A stretch of 64,000 nucleotides of DNA from Kondoa subrosea (taxonomy: Eukaryota). The notes beneath the pieces are model-generated. The model was not told the origin of the DNA. It made no database searches and saw only the letters and a list, made by a program, of their open reading frames with translations. Positions within the stretch are counted from its first letter, which is position 1. Each line of letters begins with the position of its first letter. Positions 12,993 to 27,450 of this stretch are shown in pieces. The stretch covers positions 943,118-1,007,117 of the forward strand of contig BCIN01000002.1 of the NCBI GenBank assembly GCA_039545335.1, in the 5' to 3' direction. The position numbers were made by a program, and so were the translations under genes.

Positions 12993-15666
12993 ATGTCTAC
13001 CTTTCGACCTGCAATAGCGCTTGTTCGCTCTTTAATGCAAGCGCCGCATGCACAAACAGCTCAACTGCTTTGTGGTCGCTCTTGGCAGCAACTTCTTCGG
13101 GACAAACAAGCTCGCAATCTCTATACTTCATCTCGACTATCACAGATTCAAGGACCTACGCCCTCAATTGGACCAAATTTTACTCTCGATACGGACGTGG
13201 GTGATGATTCTAAGTCAGAGTCACAAGGAGCTGGCGCTCGGAATGCGTTCATGGATGCTGCAATGGGAACAGCTGTCGGTGCGATAACGATCTTCCCTTG
13301 CCCTACACTCAACACCAATTGGCTTTCGTAGGTGTTCTGCTAATCGGACTGGGCGGTGTCGGTGAGTCAACAGATTTCAGCGAAGTGATTCTCGAAACTC
13401 AAGTGCTACCAGCTTATCACAGCTGGTATAAATGGGATGTGAGGCGTCCCTCTCAGTCGAGCGAGTCCCATTCTGCGATCCTCATTTCGATCATCAAAGG
13501 TCCTTCGCAAGATCGGAATAGCTTTCGAGCCTGGATTTGATCCAGTCCGTATGGCTCGTCCACGCATATTCTTGCTCTCTGCTTACATAAACCTATAGTT
13601 GAATTAGACAGAGCTACCAGGTCTGCGAAGTTTCAAGGAGCTCGCGATGATACAGAAGCAGAGGGCGAATTGCATGATGCCCACCTTCGCCGATCAGAAC
13701 AAAGTCTAGTTGACGGAATTATCGACGGCAAAGAAGTATGTGAAAGTTGGCTCCTTACTCATTCTAGCACCTTCTGATCGGCTTTCTGAATTAGGTGGGA
13801 CATTACTATCTTCTCCTCGGTGCTAAAGGCGTTGGCAAAGTATGTCAAGTGATCCACATTCACATTCGATGACTTATCGACGCCCGAAGTCAACTATGAT
13901 CATCGATGCGATGAGAAAGAACGAAGCAGATGGTGTTGCAGTAATGGAAGCGCACGAAGATCCCGAAATCTTTCGCCTAAGATTGGGCAAATGCCTGAAC
14001 TTTGAGTTTAACGAAGTAAGAGATTACATTATCGCTCTGTACTGGACTGAATGTCCATGTTAGGACTACTATGGTAAGGTCTGGCTTCTTCGCTCAACGG
14101 GGTTTCACCCCTCTACTGCTGTGCAGGTGGCCTCTTTTCCCGCAAGGACCCAAGAGATGCTGGACCGCTGCTAGATATCGAGAGAGCGCTTAATAAGGTG
14201 AGTTACGATTGGTTGCCTTCTATTTCTGGACTGATGCTCAACCAGCTAGAAAAAGTAGCTATTCGGTATGTCCACATGCTTCTATGCCCCTGCGATTGCT
14301 GAGAAACTATTTCAGATATGCTCGAAATCGGGGACGACGTAAGTATTTCTCCTTTTTCGCTGCCTTAGGATGGGCTGAATGGTGCGAGTAGCTCTTGTTC
14401 TGGTAAGCCAATGAATGTGTAGAACATTGTGGTAGCTCACAAGCTGTCAAGGTATTCAACAATGTCAGTGTCGTGACCGGTCACGACATCAGCACGAGAC
14501 ACTGATCTGTTTTGACAGATCCATTTTCTACATAATGATGAAGACGGTCATTCTCTCTTACATGCCTGTCAGCCTATCTTCACTTGTTCGTTATCTCAAG
14601 CACTAATCCTTCATACAGTGCAGCAAAGGGCGGAAAGCTGGGCAGCTGCTCGGACATTGAACGTTATTTTTTGTTCCGATGATTTCCACATTTACGAAAC
14701 ATTGAAAAAGAATGGATCAAGAATGGAAGTACTCAACGTCAAAGATCTTAATAAGCACGAAACAATCAGTGCAATCCGAGCGAATCGACCGGATGCTACT
14801 TATGAACAAGCTTCAGAAGTCTTTAGTCTCCTAGGTGGAAGATTAGCTTTCTTGACCAAAGTCGTGAGGCAGCATGATATCGTGCAAGCTTCAAAGAACC
14901 TGTGGGTGAATATCTGCACGGTCTGATCACAATAATAATCTGTCCTACAGTATTCAGCGCGAAAAAGAGTGGTTACTCGCGAGAAAGAACTGCATTCCGG
15001 ATCACGACGATGATGTAATGGACGCTGAGAAGGAGAGCAGTTGTGCTTGGTTGCTATTCGAAGAACTAGCAAAGCGATATGAAGCTTTCCTCAAAGAAAA
15101 TCCTCAATCTGCAGGAGAGAATGATGCCTATTTACCGTACTGGAAGGCTTGCGAGGTAATGACTAGGTAAGAAGAATGTGTTTGTAATGATATATATCTG
15201 ATGGCCGTTCAGACCGGATTTCCTGGAGAGTCTAGATATAGATAATATGAGTAAGCTCTTTAGAGCGCTTATCTGCGTTTAAGTGCTGGAATTTTCCTCA
15301 CAGTACAAATAGAGTCAGCTTAAACCTAGACCTCTCACGGACAAAACTGATACAAAATGCCACAGTGTCGACCATAGGTGAGACCGGCCGAATCAGCTAT
15401 CATCTCCCTGACGCAATATTCCTAGAGTCCGTGCTGATAGTGTGATGCTACTGAATGCTATGCGTGAAGTGGTAGCAGACGAAGATTTCGAGGAAAGGGT
15501 GCGTGCTAGTCTTGCATTAGTCAACGTGCTCTAATTTCGTTGCTAGATCAACACGACGCGCGAGCGTATTGATGCTATCGAGTCGCTGCATCGCACAAGA
15601 GAGCTGGTCATCAAGGACAACGAGGGGATATTCAGGCTGTCACTCGAGAGAGGGAATTCGAAATGA
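12993..15666 (+). CDS. Uncharacterised fungal P-loop (AAA-like) ATPase with N-terminal targeting peptide and TM segment
   Basis: Presequence-like N-terminus; TM AAMGTAVGVLLIGLGGV; Walker A YYLLLGAKGVGKSTM; EAHEDPEIFRLRLGKCLNFEFNE; many microexons. Confidence 0.7.
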
Positions 15667-16096
15667 TAGGCTTTGGTTCGGCCTTGTTGGACTTTGTGCT
15701 ATCGTTTTTGAAACAGAGCAGTAGCTTGCGCGTGGTCGCCGCTTGATGATCACTACGTAAAGCTGAGGGGCGGAGGCTTATTTTTCGGAATCCAAACTTG
15801 AAACTTGACTTACTTAAATCGATGTATTGGCTTACCTATTCAGCAGTCTTGCTTTCGTCGACGCTGTTAGTAAAATGTAGCGAAGGTAAAACTTGCGTCA
15901 GCCGCACCTAATGTGTTACGCTTCTACAAGATCGACGTGGAAAGATCCGAATGCTTGGACAGGAGCTCAGGCCTCAATCCAACGTGTTTTATCTTCGCTG
16001 TTTCTCTTCCTTTCTTCTTTCATCCTCCTGCTCTCATCGATGCGTAGCAAAGATTGCACTTTGCGATTTACAGCAACTCTGCCTGTCTTGAATTTG

Positions 16097-18019
16097 ATGG
16101 GTCCTCCTTCTATACCGCCGTTGTCTATTCCCATACCTGCGAACGAATCGAAAAACGATCGCCTGGACAGGCAAGCGTTGGAAAGCCATGCACGACAGGA
16201 ATCGCTCAAGATAGATCAAGAAATCGAGAAAGCTAGGCAGGACAGCATACAGCGGTCGCGCTCTGAGGTCACTTTACTGTTGCTAGGGTATATCTTCTCT
16301 TGAGGAGCATGCTTTGAGCTAATGATCTCGCGAAGACCGCCAGACACAGGAAAGTCAACTCTAAAAATCCAATATAGGCTGCAATTCGATCGAGCAGCAC
16401 TCGACTCTGAGCGGCCATGTCTTCGCCTAGTGATCTTCTTGCAACTTATAGCAACAGTCGATGCGATGCTCACAGCTCTGGAAGACGACGTCCGATCGAC
16501 GCGGAATCATCCTGAAATGAGCAAGCAATCAATCGCAATGGCAATGCGACGTTTACGCTTCAGGCCTCTGTTTGCTATGGGTAGTGACTTGGCAAGCGAA
16601 ATAGGTGCAATTGATCTTTCAGCAATAAAGCCTGAAGGTCTACCGGGCGCCAACCTTTGGAGCAGTCAGAATTCTGTAATACAACGTCCTGGTTCCGCTT
16701 CTTCCACGAAAACATCGTTCGGATCTACCAGAGCCCTAGATGCCAATGCTATTAAGGGCAAGATGGAATTCAATATAATACCTTCGCGCTTCCAGAAGGC
16801 GAGAAAGTCGATAACTGAAGAGGGGAGTCCTCTGTCGAGACGGCTTGGAAAGAATGATCCAGGTCTTTTCCTCTTCCGCCAGACATGCTTCATCCCGTTG
16901 ATTTAGTCTCAGCGGCACTGCTAACGGGATATCACAAGGAAATTCGATGTCTGCGAGCCGATTTTCTAAGTCGGGCAGCAATAGCCGATGACAAACACCT
17001 TTCTTCTTCCAAATGGAATCTCTCGGACAGCAGCACTTTGTCAGTCTAGAGCCCGCATCCTCACTTTCTCGCTGACGTTTTGGTCAGCTTTCTTAATAAT
17101 CTCGATCGCATATCCGCGCCTGACTGGCTACCGGAAGACTTAGATCTTTTGAGGAGTCGTGTAGCAACTGTCGGTATAGATGAAGTCAGGCTGAATGTGA
17201 ACTCAATGGTAAGCAAAGCTCTTCGCAACAAGTGTACTTTCGATTCTCAACATTGCAAATAGACGTACAGAATATGTGTAAGCTGACCATAGGTGCATAA
17301 TGCTTGTCTGACTCGTCCGCCCAGGATGTCGCTGGTTCACGAGGCGTGCCCAGGGCCTGGTCAAAGTTTTTCGACCAGGCGCAATTGATCATTTTCGTCT
17401 GCAGGTCAGTATGAGCCCTTATATTAGTAGTGTATGCTGATTGTTTGTCTCTAGTCTGAGCAGCTTCGACGAAATAATGATGGTCGACGACGAGCGATTG
17501 GTCAACAAGCTGGAAGATGCACTGTCGACCTTCACAGAGATCTGCTCGAATCAGCTTCTGGCGAATTGCGATTTTGCATTGTTCCTCAAGTAGGTGTTGA
17601 TCTTCCCTGTAAACGTATATTTGACGAGCTCCTCGTACAGCAAAGTGGACTTGCTTCGCGCCAAGCTGAAGAACAGAAAGCATCCTGTCAAGCGCAACTG
17701 GCCTCGCTTTGATGCACCGGCAGACACTGCAGGTCGGTCTCCGTTCTTTTGTACTGGCGACTGCTAATGCGTGTATCTACACAGAGGCTGTTTCGGGCTA
17801 CTTCAAGCAAGCTTTTAGAGATCGATTTAAACGTGCGAATCGACAGCTGCAAACCTCTCGAACACTTCACGTGTACACGACATGCGCTCTGGATTCGTCA
17901 ATGCGTGTCGTGATTAGTGCCATCGAAGACTGTGCGACTTCATTGCCTATTCTTTGATCGATGCTAATAACCTTACAGCGATATTACGCAAAGTCCTCAA
18001 ATCAGTGGAATTCTTATGA
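16097..18019 (+). CDS. Atypical heterotrimeric G-protein alpha subunit (paralogue 2)
   Basis: SLKIDQEIEK, LLLLGPPDTGKST, DLLRSRVATVGIDE, DVAGSR, ALFLNKVD, VYTTCALD, C-terminal VLKSVEFL*. Confidence 0.85.
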
Positions 18020-18143
18020 GCAATAGCTGGTAGCTGAAATCATGATTGGTGTATTTCTATTTATGCTATGACGAAACTCAAAATACAAGTCTACTCTACA
18101 TTTGTATAATATAACAGGCTTGTCTAAAGTTCAGTTGATGTAT

Positions 18144-20487
18144 TTACAAGGGTCTCCTAGGTTTACGGTCTCTAGGAGTTTTGCGATCGAAAGCAAGCTT
18201 GCCAAGGATGTATGCTATCGCTCCTTCAGTCTTTCTTTTCAGTACTCTGGCCTCGTCTGGTACTGGAAAGGAAAGAGGCATTCGATAAGATAGCCAGAGG
18301 TAGAGAGACACAGTGCGGTGGAAGGATTCTAGAGTCGTGAGAGAATTGACGGAGAGCAAATGCTTGACAGCTGCTTCATCGCCTTTGCCTTCTGACAGCA
18401 GAACTATTTCTCTTACTAGATGCAAAGCTCCCGATCCTTGAGCGTAGGTTTGCAAATTGAAATAGCCCTTGCGACTGTGTTCGCTGACGAAAGCGTTGAA
18501 AGCGGCTTTGAGAATTTCGTCACGAATATTGACAGGCGCATTTGCCATAGTCAGCCGATCGTTCACAGACAAGTCTTTGTGTGGATCGAGCAGAGAAGCT
18601 ACTTTGATGTTCGGATGCTCGGGTTCGAGACGGTAATTGCTGCCCGTGATGCCGATCTGATGTATTACAGAAAGAATGTTTGATAGTTTGCTGTCGGGAT
18701 GGCACACGGAGAACATCTTGCTGACCATTGAAGCTGAAGGAACAAGAATGGCGCGTGTGAGATGAAGTATCGGCTTATCCATTGCTATTCGAACAGCGGG
18801 TAGGTCTTCCTTGTCCAAGGTTGTGACGATACCGACTGTAGGGTCAGTGGATGGAGTTTCGCTTGACGGCTCGTCTCCGATATCCGGAGCAGATGGTGAA
18901 GAAGGGACATGCATGCCAAATCGACCAGCCCTTCCGCCAATCTGCTTGACTTGAGGGAAAGCTAGAGCTACGACTTCTCTTCCGTCGAATTTGTGAACGG
19001 CTTCAAAGATGATGCGGCGGATTTTGCTGTAAGCAAGTACAAGCCTCATCAGCTGAAGCGGAAAGAGAGACATTGCTCGCTTACAGATTCAACCCCATAC
19101 CGATAGCATCACTTGCAACCATCACATCATAGCCTTCTTCAGAATTGAAGCTCCTCGCCTGTTCTTCACGCACTTCTGGCGGTAGACCACCATAAGCTAC
19201 AGCAACTTTGAGTCCAGTCTGCTGTTCGATACTTCTCTTGACGGCAAAGATATTGTTTCGACTAAAAGTGACGACGCAATCGCCTTTCTGGATTTGACTT
19301 AGATCGTTATTGAGACTGTAGTCTGCTACTTTGAGTGGACTGAGTCGTTGATATCTCCTTACTTCCACTTGATCACCCATTGAAGCCGCTATTCTTTGTA
19401 CTAAATCCACTGCGCTTTCTTCACCGCAAAGATGTAGCTCGGTGGCTTCAACAGAAAGTAGAGCGTTTGTCCAAGCAGCACCTCGAGCTGGATCTGCAAT
19501 CATTTGAATCTCATCCACCACTACTACATCATAATGTCTTCCTGACGGTAGCATTTCAACCGTGCAGCTTGACAAAGTATCCAAGGGGTCCATATATCGT
19601 TCTTCTTCCCCAGTCAAGAGATTGCAAGGTCTTGCTACTCCATTCAGACCACCAATTGCACCAGCATTGAAACGAGCGTAAACTTCATGCGCCAACAACC
19701 TCAACGGACCAGCGTAAACTCCAACTCTAGCTTGTGCTAATCTTGCTAATGCAGTATGTGTCTTTCCACTATTGGTAGGTCCAACATGCATGATGATCTT
19801 GCGTGATAGTTTCCTGGTAAAAGGGTACCATTCTGCTGGGTATCGATAATCGGTATTGATGAGAAGGGATCGTATCCGAGAAGATAATTCGCCGGCCGAC
19901 TCTGGTTGATCGGAAAGCCAAGTGAGGAAACTGCGAATCATTCTTCGATCGATAGCGATCATTCCCTCGGCTGCGTAATGACTTGAAAGCTCTTCGAAGC
20001 TGCCGCTATAGATAGTATACATCAGATAGATGTACTAAATCGGGCCCGACTGAACTAACAAATCGACTGTCTCTGTTTGATCCAGCTGATTCACCTGAAG
20101 CTCGCTCCATTGCTTCGCTAGCTTGACTAGTCCATGTAGCGGACGATGCAGAACGTGGGACAGAGTGACCAGAGATGCATGTGCAGTAGATTGTTGCGTT
20201 TCAAGCAAAGTCAATTTCTTGCGCAAAGCAATAACAGAAAGCTGTTTAGGATCTTCAACAAAAGCTGGCTTGCGTTGTTGGAACGGGTTATTCGGTCGAA
20301 TAGCATGTCGTTGATCCCTGCTTTTCTGTGCCAGTCCATAGCTATTCGGCCTCGAAGATCGTTTGCCAGCGAAATTAGTTCGACCGAAGGTCTCATCTAC
20401 TGTATAAGCAGGAGCTGTACGAAGGCGTCTGATTTGCTGAAAACATTGACGAAGGCTCTTTCGCTGTAAGCCAGAGAACACATTCAT
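18144..20487 (-). CDS. SUV3: Mitochondrial ATP-dependent RNA helicase SUV3
   Basis: [49 protein letters not shown] and LYLWLSYR motifs. Confidence 0.95.
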
Positions 20488-20580
20488 GCAAAAACCGACA
20501 AAGATGGTCGTACTCAATCAACAGCTTTACAATTACTAATACAGCTTTCAGGGAGTACAAGAGAGTTACAAGAGGCAAAT

Positions 20581-23500
20581 CTAGCAATGCCTATAAGATG
20601 TGTACATTGTCTCTTCGGTCGTTTCACTGCCATCTTCGCGCTCTTCTCGATAGCGCCTTTCCATCTGGTAGTGTTCTGGTTCGTATTCTACCTGCAGGTC
20701 TAGCCTATGTTCTGATTCATTGGATTGCGAATTATTTATAGACCAGTAATCTTCTTGAAGCTGAGGCAGATGTTTGTTCGAAGTTCGAGGATAAGAGTGA
20801 GGAAGGTGTAGATCAGGCAGATCCCAAGGTTCGATTTGAGCGTTTGAAGATTGAATATGAAGAGGTGAAATCGCTGGCAGCGAGTTCTGACCGGCATGCG
20901 CATCGAAACCGAAGAAAGAGCTTTCTTGCATTCCAGGTTGTGCAGCAATTTGATGTTGTTGCTGCTGAATACGAAGTGCCAATGCTGCTACTTCTGCACT
21001 GCATGAATAGTGAGAGAAGCGCCAACTCTTTCTGGGAGGCAACGTACATATGGTTCCAGCTTTGGTCCGAATTTGAGACTGCATTGCCTTCTTCTATAGG
21101 CAAGTATGTAGCAGATGCTTGATCGGCATAAGTGAGCTGTAGCATAGACTGGTCGTTCTGCGGATACGAAGAACTGAGCTGTTGATTTTGATAGTAATCG
21201 GGTTCGAGGTATTGTTGCGGAATAGGTGCCTCTATGGCCAATTGCTGGGCAGACAGATAGCTCGCCAATCCAGACTGATGTGCTTGTTGAGCAGCGTAGT
21301 CATACTCTCGCTGAAGATGCTGCTGTTGTAAAGCATGGTGATTGGAAGCGGCGAGTTGTTGATCCAGCTGTTCTTGGTACATCGCATCGACTGATGACGC
21401 AGATAATGTATCGAATAGATCATATTTCGATACAGGTGCACTGATCGGGCATGACATTCAGCAAGCCGTCAAAGGGTTTATCGAAACGTACTACTGCTCA
21501 GAAACATTTGGCATATGATCGTGCTGCTCCGCCCAGAACTGGTGATGATCAGGTATTCGTACATGCCCAGCTCTGAGCACTAATTAGCGCGGAAGCCGGG
21601 AGGGAAAGCTTTACTGACACAAGATCCGGTTGTGCTGAAATTGGTTCAGCAATAGGAACAGATGAAGTTTGGGATACTGGATCATTGCTGTTCCGAATGG
21701 GCGCGGAGATAGAGATAGGTATGTCAACAGGATAAGCAGTTGGAATGTGGTCAGCTTCTTGACTTGAAGATGGTTTTCCAAATTCTTCATGATGCAAGTG
21801 TGCATTGGTCGGACTTCCAGACATCGGACCAGGCTGTGATATATGTTCATGATGATACTCTGGTTGAAAGTTTGTCCTGGGTTCGTCTGTCCGCTCACGA
21901 GCTGTTGAAGGTTCTGCAAGGTTCTGCCAACGCTTGCGAGGACTCTGCGATGGCGATCTGCCTGGTTCAAAACTGCTATACATCTGAGGTTGCGGCGAGA
22001 GCGGCTTATGGACAGGACTTGAGCGTCTTAGCAGCCAAGGGTCTTGAAAAGCTGAAGCATTATCAGACGCAGGAATAGGTTCGTCCTTTGTTCTTCTATT
22101 ACCTGGACGAGCTGCATCTGTAGTGGTCGCGGGTGCTGCTCGAATATCTGTTGAGCCTGTAGAGGGGTCAAGCTGTGTAGGCCTTGGTCTTCCATTACTA
22201 TTATTCTGTGAGTTCCTCTGATCGTCCAACCGTACTTGTGGCTGTGACTGCCTATTGACAACCTGAGCTTGTGAAAGGTGTTGGTAGGCAGCACTCACTG
22301 TTCATCTGGTACATGATCTAGAGCATTTGTCTGCTGAATCCGAATGAGCTATCATCTACACATTCCAGGCTACACATACTCGATCTCCCAAATCTTCGCG
22401 CTTCGGTCGGAAGAAGGTCGTATATTGTGGTTTTGGCCTCGAAGGACTTCGATCACTTTCGTCGTCTGGGCTAGCTTCGGAGGTGATCGAAGATGATCGC
22501 CTCTTCTGAGAACGGATAAGATCGTAGACTGAACAGCTGCGTTAGGCTTACTGTCTGTCTCCTTCTATCATGCTTCCAATTTCTGCCTCGGTCATGCGCT
22601 TGCTCATTTGTCTGATCTGCCTTTGTCGCTGGCTTTGATGGATCACTCGGCTTGGGGAACTGCTGCAGAAGAGCTCGAATAGCCTCAATCGGGAAGGGAT
22701 TCTGGCTTGGTGCTGCTGCCTGAGCGGATATTGGAGCATTCTGGCTAGGTGAAGGTCGAGGCAAAGCTGGCGCTAGGATGGGTGCCGCGGCAGATGGTAC
22801 AGGATAGTAAGGTTGAGCACCGTAAGGCGGCTACGACAGGACCTAAGTGAAATCAACGAGCGTTTGGGTAGACATACCTGCATGAAAGGCGGTCGGTTCA
22901 AAGGATTCCCATACTGGCTGTACACAGACCTTAAATAAAGATTTGAAGAAGCTGGACCAGAGGCTAGGATACCTTATTTGATTTGCGTAAGGATTCATGG
23001 CAGCTAGTGGATTTGCGAGTGTACTATCGTGTGGCGTTCAATCTTTCATGAAAGAGACGAAGCTTGGAACTCACTTCATGGGTATTTGTGGCATAGGAGG
23101 AGGAGGGACTGGGGGCTGGGGCCTGTTGAGTAGCAACATCAGCTGATCTTGCTCTGATTTGGCATGATTCACGAACATCGGAGGCAAAGGAGGCAATGCT
23201 TGCAAAGGTGCAGCATAGATCGGCTGTTGCGGTGTCTGGGTTTGCCTGTAATTTCGGGAATATGAGACCGCTTTTAGCAAATGCAAAAGAAACGGCCTAC
23301 AATGCAGTCGGAGGAAGTGACCTTTGATATGTCACCGCAGGAACATCAGCTCGTACAGATGTAGCAACAACAGCCGGTTGCGAAGCTGCAGACACAGGCT
23401 GTCATACACGTCAATCATCTGTCAAATATGGCTAAGTCTCGCTTACAAGAGCTTCTGCGACAGAATCGGGAACGCGGGACACGACCGTTTCCGGTACGCG

Positions 23501-24726
23501 AGACATACTTTCTCTCTCATTTTGTACCTACTGACAATACATGAGACAAGCATGAGATTGAAATGTCAAAGACGAACATTGTGCTGTCGCTGCGAAGCTT
23601 GAGAGCGCTGTGACTGTTGATATTGCTGCTGCTGGAATTCAGAAGAGTTCTGGAAGGCAGAAATCTCCGGTTGACGAGAAAGAGCGGGCTGTAGTGTTTC
23701 TGCTTGTGCAACGTAATTCTGATCAACTCTTTGCTGGACAGACTTCTTTTGTGGCCTATGCTCTGACGAATAGGGTTGTGGGGTGATATATTCGCTTGCT
23801 TTGACGGATATCAGACTAGGTAAATAAGCCGCTGAAACGGAACCTTACATTGGGTTGGAGGCACACTTTGCGTCATCGTGGCCGGATGAGCATATTGAGA
23901 TGGCGGTACAGTATTCGACGGTATTTGTGGATGCGTCTGCGCTGCAGCCGGTCGATGCTCAGCAAATTGAGTCGTAGAAGAGGCGGTCGAAAAGTTTGGC
24001 TGAAGTCCAGCTACAGTATACATAGCTCCCGATTGAGTTCCTACTGTGGAGACAGCACTACTTTGCTGCAAAGGCTCGGCAGGTCTTGAAGCATTATACT
24101 GCGAAAGGTCGCGCTGAATATCTTGTGAATAGGCTGAGAGCCTATCTGGCGCTTGAGATACTGGCGCGGATTGTTCTGTTCGCACTTGGGTGACAGATTG
24201 ACCTTCTCGTTGAGTCGGCAAGCCTTGAAAAAGCTGATGAGCAGATTGTGGCATATTGCTCGCTTCTTGTACTGCTCTGGTATCGCTATGATGCTTCTCA
24301 CGAGCGCTATGTGCCAGATCAATGGGCTTTCCAGTCGGATTGATTGACTTTGAGAGGTCTTTCAACTTTGATAGGGCAGGATTGCGAGCAGAAGAGGCAG
24401 AATCAGGTAATATAGAATTATCGCGAATAGAAAAGGCAGAATCAGAGGCCGCAGTTTTGCTAATTTTGACGCCACTGTCCGTCATAGAAGTGATCTTGCT
24501 CTCGTCAGGCCAAAGAGCTGAATGACCTCTGACCAAGCCTTGATCGATTTTGGCCGCAAATGCTTTGAGGGCAACGACTTCGGGCATGGTCTCCAGCTTG
24601 GAGGCACGAGACGATTTGCTTGGAGTTATCGTACCTTTCTGTTCTGATTTCGAGTTACTGTTTTCTTTCGACTAGTATATCGCAAGTAAGCTTTTCGCTA
24701 CACGCCGAATGACACGAGCTCACCAT
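20581..24726 (-). CDS. Large low-complexity (Q/P/S-rich) hypothetical protein, multi-exon; may be more than one gene
   Basis: Chain of same-strand ORFs (258, 71, 97, 249, 214 and 167 aa) separated by intron-like gaps. The first exon appears to be ATG only (24724-24726), followed by GTGAGC. Confidence 0.5.
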
Positions 24727-25047
24727 GATGTACAGAGCACACGTATCGCTGTTATAGGTAAGCCTCGGTTACAGACATGAAAGCAAAGGTGACCGCGGAG
24801 AAAGCACTGCATTTCAGGAATAGGCAGTGCCGGTATACCTATCTCTCACGAGGTCTAACACAGCATGACAGCAAAGAAAGACTATTGCCAAGGTCAGTAT
24901 ACCTTGAAGGGGAGGAAGACTAGGCTCACCTGAGAATTGGAGATCGTGACCCTGGCGCGTGAGTATGTAATCAAGAACCGATAAATATGCATTTGTACAG
25001 TAACTGAAATCCCATGGAAAGAGTCCATACGTGAACCAGCACGTTGA

Positions 25048-27071
25048 TCAATCGAAAGTCTAGAGAATTGTCAGAATTGCTCATTGCCTTGGTTTTACTA
25101 GAAGCTCACCGCCGGTTCGCAATTTGGAATCGTAAGGTCCGCTTTGAGTGTTCGGTCCGAGTCTATTTGTGCCTTGTCAGTGTCAAGCAGGCCTGATACT
25201 ATAGCACTTACTGAAAAGACCCCTGAATCACATATTCAGTCAAAGAAGCACAGGTCTATCGTCAGGCAGCTTACCAGAAACTTTCCGCGCCACCTGTTCT
25301 ATAGGTTTAGCGGGAAGATTACTATACAGGACATTTAGAACTTACCATATTGACTTGCTTTCCATTCTTCATCGAAAGCTTCGAACCAGAAGTATGGCGT
25401 CGAGTTAGTATTTGCTTGGCAAGCGTAATCATTCAAGAAAGTCTGTGAAAAGGGGGAATAGGCACAAGATGAGATTCAGGCTGTTTCTCGCCTGCATTGA
25501 TTCTTACCTGCATATTGGCCATACTAGCGTCCGAGCCATTTAAAGTGAGAGATCCATTGGCGAATGCTCCTCCTGGCCAACCAACTCTGTTCGAAGCGGA
25601 AAGCAAAATGGAATTAGCAGGATGCGTTATATCTTTGATTCGCTCCGCCCTACTCTGCTGCGTAGATAGGTGGCTTATTTGTCGCTGCTTTGGCTAATGA
25701 AGGAGTATCGGTTTCGAGATAGTTCCAGGTCCAACCAGCTGCTAGATCAATCCCAACGCCGGACTTCAAGTGAACCCTCGTCAGCTTCATATCAACTAGA
25801 ACCAATCATCACTGACGAAGAAACTGTGGGTTTTTCAAAATGCATCAGCTAGAATAACCAGCAATTGCAGGATGAGCACCGACGGATGTACATTCGCCAT
25901 GACGAAGTCTGAGCCTTGAGCCAAAGCGGTAGTGATCATTGAACCAGCGTCTGAAGAATTCCGAGTTAACCCAGTGCATAATAGCCAACAAGATTGCAAC
26001 TGACCTGCGAAGCCGACTGGAATTGTTTTTGGCAAGTTAAGCGCTGCCAATTTGGTTCTGACATCGGCCATGTTAGCAATGACCAAAGCCTATAGTCATA
26101 TTAGCACTGAGTTGACAAAAGATCGTTCTAGAACGGACTTCAGCTGCTGCTTGACCCCTTGCGCCATGTGCGGTAAATTGATTGAGTACTGTCATCATAA
26201 GATTAAGCTTAACACCAAAAGTGCAATGCTAATTTTCAACCGACCATATTCATTACCAGAGATGACTCCCTGAATATGATCCGTTCCAAATTGGGTGATG
26301 GCATCCGTAACAGCGGCAACTTGTCTTTCATAAACTGTTTGATCTTCATTGATGTAAATACCCAAGAAGACAGTCATGTCCACTCCTGTCCTATCTATCG
26401 CATCTAAGACCAAAGCTGAAGTATTGCAATCCGCTCCGTAAAGTCGAAGGACTTTGGTCAATTGTGACATGAGCTGGATATCTGTTGATACACCTTCAAT
26501 GGTATCACCACAGTTCGGATAGAAGGAGGAGTCTAGTAGTCGAAAGGATGAGAATTGTTTAAATTGAAATTGAACATGTATGAGAACGAACAAGGTGGAC
26601 TACGCTCGACAGGTCAGCATGTCAAAAGCATATTGGAAGGAGAATCTGCACACCTGTAACACATGCCAGGGAAAGAAAGGTGTAGATTGCTATCTTTCGT
26701 AACGGAAGTAACTCGTCCAGTCTTGGCGCTTCCAGATGAAGACCCTCGCGTCAAGAAGTATGCAGCGACTCCTCCTCCAACACCAGCAAGGAGTAATATT
26801 CCAGCAGCAGCTGTTTCTCGCTGTAAGTTGGGCTACCCTTTCCACAACGCTTTTGTCATAGCTCACTCCAAAGTACAGATTTCTTCTTGTACCAAGCTAC
26901 TTTGGTACCGTAGCCCACTCCAGTGAATCCACCTCCATAGCCTTTATCATTCAGATCTGGCACGCTCATCATGCTCGAAGTATTCATGTCATTGTTGTAA
27001 AATTGGTGTGGTGCTTGACTATATCCTCCTCCTCGTCCGTAGCCATCGTCTATGTTCTGGTAGCGCGACAT
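25048..27071 (-). CDS. Glycoside hydrolase family 17 (beta-1,3-glucanase/glucanosyltransferase), type II membrane-anchored
   Basis: [28 protein letters not shown]...[42 protein letters not shown]. Confidence 0.9.
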
Positions 27072-27450
27072 GTTGAATTGCTAGAGTTCACGCGTTGGGA
27101 ATCAAGGCAAGTTTCTCGACTTATCCGAGCACAGCCAAAATCCCGAAAGTGCGACTTGAAAGGAGAAAAGGTATACAGCAAAGGGAGGTATGACAAAGTT
27201 ATTTCTTGAGCTCGTTGCTTCGGCAGATGTATAGGCTGGGAATAGAAACTTGGGGTAAAGCGTTAAAGGTCGAGATGTGCATAATTAGACAAACGCGAAG
27301 CAAACGCTGATCGAGCCGAATACAGCTCTAAGATCGACGACTCGTATCTAGGAGTCGCTTGAGAGATGCAAATCATGACCTTTGCAAATAGCGGTTGCAT
27401 CTTCGCAAGTGAAGGTAGCCAAGATCATACTTCTTGCTTGGAATGTACTC

